64,000 bases of DNA from Chlorobiota bacterium (GTDB lineage: Bacteria; Bacteroidota; Bacteroidia; Bacteroidales; JAADGE01). A program made the translations under genes and the position numbers. The notes below the pieces were generated by a model that saw only the letters and a list, made by a program, of their open reading frames with translations, had not been told where the DNA came from and did no database searches. Shown here one piece after another: positions 61,259-64,000 of the stretch. The stretch lies in NCBI GenBank assembly GCA_013152535.1, contig JAADGE010000012.1, positions 1,026 to 65,025 of the forward strand, read 5' to 3'. Positions within the stretch are counted from its first letter, which is position 1, and each line of letters opens with the position of its first letter.

Positions 61259-62278
61259 ATGAAATTATTTAAAATTATTATTCTCGGCTTGTTCGTTGTT
61301 TTTTTGTCTGACACGGCACAAAGCCAAGTTGTAACTTATTCTGCAGCAAAAAGTTTATTTAATGCCGAACAAATAAAAGTTTTAGCAAAAGCTGAAAAAT
61401 ATATTGATAAAGCAGATACTAAAATTTCAAAAGCAGAAGCAATTGAAAAAAAATACGAAAAGAAAAAGAAGAAAAAGAAAAAATACAATAAAAAAACTTG
61501 GGAAGCTAAAAAATTCAGAATACAGGCTGAAAAAGATTATTTGAGAGCATATCAGGATGCTTCTTCTGTTTATTCGCAACTTATTGTAGGAGCAACTTAT
61601 TATGACGACAATGATAAATCCGAAGCACATAAATTAAATGATGATGCAGTATCATTAATTGAAAGTGCCGATAAAAAGATGTCGAAATACAATAAAAAAA
61701 TCGGTGATAAAAAATATTTGAAAAAATTATCTTATTCAAGTGTAACCGGTGCAGCAAACAGTGCCAGAAGTTCTAAAGAAAGTGCATATTCAAAACAAAC
61801 TCAAGCATTGGATATTCTTTTAAATCAAGGTAAGAAAAAAGAAGCAGCCGAAAAAGATAATAAAGCTTGGGCAAATGCACAAAATATTAATACAATTGCA
61901 TCTTATCAGGATTATATTGATAATTTTTCTTCCGGAAAATTTGTCAGCAGAGCACGTCAAATGATTCGTCAATTGCAAGCTGAACAAGAAAAAACTAAAC
62001 CGGTTGTTTCCGACTATGTTTTCAAAGTTCAAATTGCAGCATCAAGAAATCCGATATCTAAATATGAATTAGCAGGAAAATATTCAAATACTTCTGAAAT
62101 AAAAAAAGAATATTCGGGCGGCTTTTATAAATATCGAGTGAAATCATTTTCAACGTATTCACAGGCTGCTGCTTTAAGAGATCAATTACTGAGAAGTACC
62201 GTTCCGGATGCGTTTGTTGTTGCATATGATAAAAACGGAAATCAGATTGAAGTTTCTGATGAAATGAAAACACATTAA
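61259..62278 (+). CDS. Secreted helical protein with a C-terminal SPOR-like domain
   Basis: Signal peptide, a Lys-rich helical body, and FKVQIAAS...YKY...DAFVVAY. Confidence 0.75.
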   Translation: MKLFKIIILGLFVVFLSDTAQSQVVTYSAAKSLFNAEQIKVLAKAEKYIDKADTKISKAEAIEKKYEKKKKKKKKYNKKTWEAKKFRIQAEKDYLRAYQDASSVYSQLIVGATYYDDNDKSEAHKLNDDAVSLIESADKKMSKYNKKIGDKKYLKKLSYSSVTGAANSARSSKESAYSKQTQALDILLNQGKKKEAAEKDNKAWANAQNINTIASYQDYIDNFSSGKFVSRARQMIRQLQAEQEKTKPVVSDYVFKVQIAASRNPISKYELAGKYSNTSEIKKEYSGGFYKYRVKSFSTYSQAAALRDQLLRSTVPDAFVVAYDKNGNQIEVSDEMKTH

Positions 62279-62300
62279 GTTTTTGAAAAAATTACAACTT

Positions 62301-62340
62301 AAAAAGGCTCTGCGGGTTTTAAAACTTACAGGGTCTTTTT
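62301..62340. repeat. Degenerate REP-like family A copy 3, probably acting as a terminator
   Basis: AAAAAGGCTCTGCGGGTTTTAAAACTTACAGGGTCTTTTT, with a half-site TTTTAAAACTCGCAG at 62387-62401. Confidence 0.7.
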
Positions 62341-62457
62341 TGCAAAATCTTTTAGCGGTAACAACAACTTAAGGCATAACAATTCTTTTTAAAACTCGCA
62401 GTATCTTACTTTTTTAATTAAAATAATTACATTTGCTTTTCATAAATTTAAAAAGAT

Positions 62458-63735
62458 ATTTCTAATCAACCGCTTGCAGAACGCTTGAGACCCAGAGAAT
62501 TAAACGGGTATGTCGGACAAGAACATCTTGTCGGGAAAGGTAAGATTTTGCGTAAAATTATTGAGTCCGGTCATTTGCCGTCATTTATTTTATGGGGACC
62601 GCCGGGTGTCGGAAAAACAACTTTGGCAAAAATAATTGCCGGCATTTTAGAACGCCCGTTCTATACTTTAAGTGCTGTGAGTTCCGGCGTAAAAGATGTA
62701 AGAGAAGTAATAAAAAAAGCAAAAAGTCAATCTTTTTTTTCACATCCGAACCCTGTTCTTTTTATTGACGAAATCCATCGTTTCAGTAAATCACAACAAG
62801 ATTCTTTGCTCTCTGCCGTTGAAGACGGAACCGTAACATTAATAGGTGCAACAACCGAAAATCCGTCTTTCGAGGTCATTTCTCCTTTGCTTTCCCGTTG
62901 TCAGGTTTATGTGTTGAAATCTTTGGATACAGCAGATTTAGAAAAACTTTTGCATAATGCTTTAAAAAAAGATATCGAACTTAAGAAAAAGAAAATTAAA
63001 GTTGCCGAAACGCATGCTTTGTTTTTACATTCTGGGGGTGATGCTCGTAAGTTGTATAATATCATTGAATTAGTTGTGAATTCATTTTCTGATGATTCTG
63101 AAATTATTATTAATGATGAAAATGTAATCAGCAGTTTGCAAACAGAAACAGCTTCTTACGACAAAAACGGTGAGATGCACTATGATATTATTTCTGCATT
63201 TATAAAGTCAATACGCGGAAGCGACCCGAATGCTGCCGTTTATTGGTTGGCTCGAATGATTGAGGGCGGAGAAGACGTAAAATTTATTGCCCGACGATTA
63301 ATAATTTTGGCTGCGGAAGATATCGGATTGGCAAATCCTAATGCTTTGTTAATTGCAAATAATTGTTTTTCAGCTGTTAACGTAATCGGTTATCCCGAAT
63401 CTCGTATTATTTTATCGGAAGCAACGATTTATTTGGCAAATTCTCTTAAAAGTAATTCGGCTTATCAAGCAATAGATAAAGCACAGGAATTAGTACGAAA
63501 AACAGGAAATTTATCTGTTCCTTTGCATCTCAGAAATGCTCCGACAAAACTTATGAAAGAACTCGGTTACGGGAAAGATTATAAATATGCACATTCTTAC
63601 AACGAAAATTTTGTACCTCAAGAATATTTACCTGAAGAATTGAGTAAAGAAAGATTATATGAACCACAAAAAAATCAGACAGAAGAAAAAGTAAAACAGC
63701 TGATACAGAAACGATGGGGGCGAAAATATGAATAA
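62458..63735 (+). CDS. rarA: Replication-associated recombination protein A (MgsA)
   Basis: [35 protein letters not shown] and [11 protein letters not shown]. The start is either ATT 62458 or TTG 62485. Confidence 0.96.
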   Translation: MSNQPLAERLRPRELNGYVGQEHLVGKGKILRKIIESGHLPSFILWGPPGVGKTTLAKIIAGILERPFYTLSAVSSGVKDVREVIKKAKSQSFFSHPNPVLFIDEIHRFSKSQQDSLLSAVEDGTVTLIGATTENPSFEVISPLLSRCQVYVLKSLDTADLEKLLHNALKKDIELKKKKIKVAETHALFLHSGGDARKLYNIIELVVNSFSDDSEIIINDENVISSLQTETASYDKNGEMHYDIISAFIKSIRGSDPNAAVYWLARMIEGGEDVKFIARRLIILAAEDIGLANPNALLIANNCFSAVNVIGYPESRIILSEATIYLANSLKSNSAYQAIDKAQELVRKTGNLSVPLHLRNAPTKLMKELGYGKDYKYAHSYNENFVPQEYLPEELSKERLYEPQKNQTEEKVKQLIQKRWGRKYE

Positions 63736-63750
63736 AAAATTGAAATACAG

Positions 63751-64000
63751 ATGATACCAAAAATTGAAAATATAAAATATTCAGACAGCAATAACTTTTT
63801 TTTACTTGCCGGACCCTGTGTTGTCGAAAATGAAAAAAATGTTTTTGAAATAGCCGAAAAGCTTTTGGAAATAGCGGAAAAATTAAAAATCCCTTATATT
63901 TTTAAAGCATCATTCAAAAAAGCAAACCGTTCGCGAATAGATTCTTTTACCGGAATTGGTGATGAGAAAGCATTAAAAATATTGCAAAAAGTAAAAACAA
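63751..64000 (+). CDS. kdsA: KDO-8-phosphate synthase (3' end outside window; not in the ORF track)
   Basis: Manual translation gives MIPKIENIKYSDSNNFFLLAGPCVVE...FKASFKKANRSRIDSFTGIG. Confidence 0.93.
   Translation, partial: MIPKIENIKYSDSNNFFLLAGPCVVENEKNVFEIAEKLLEIAEKLKIPYIFKASFKKANRSRIDSFTGIGDEKALKILQKVKT

Overview
AT-rich chromosomal window from a Bacteroidota genome, probably an environmental Bacteroidales lineage. This is inferred from the TAnnTTTG promoters, the dcw order without murF, and glsAB-like genes divergent from mraZ. Most of the window is housekeeping: the 3' part of glpK, kbl, a 13-gene dcw cluster (mraZ to ftsZ), biotin carboxylase, YifB/ComM, a YtrA/GntR-ABC-outer-membrane operon, transaldolase, M16 protease, lpdA, nadC, malQ, thyA-folA, ruvC, rarA and the 5' part of kdsA. 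I see no rRNA, tRNA, CRISPR array, integrase or transposase. The notable items are: (1) a very AT-rich membrane/repeat-protein gene (1046-2770) bracketed by two direct copies of a unit made of a GC-rich palindrome, a leader and the gene's own first 11 codons, with the second copy ending at a different perfect palindrome; (2) an ABC-type ATPase plus DUF4276/TOPRIM-like pair inserted in a metabolic operon, a candidate defence system; (3) a small MITE-like family whose ends sit on stop codons; (4) an unannotated ~170-nt rod-like inverted-repeat element upstream of ruvC; (5) an orphan CheR-CheB-GAF module; and (6) repeated C>T/G>A changes at conserved motif residues, plus a 1-bp frameshift and a lost ATG. 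All family assignments come from motif recognition by eye, not from database searches.
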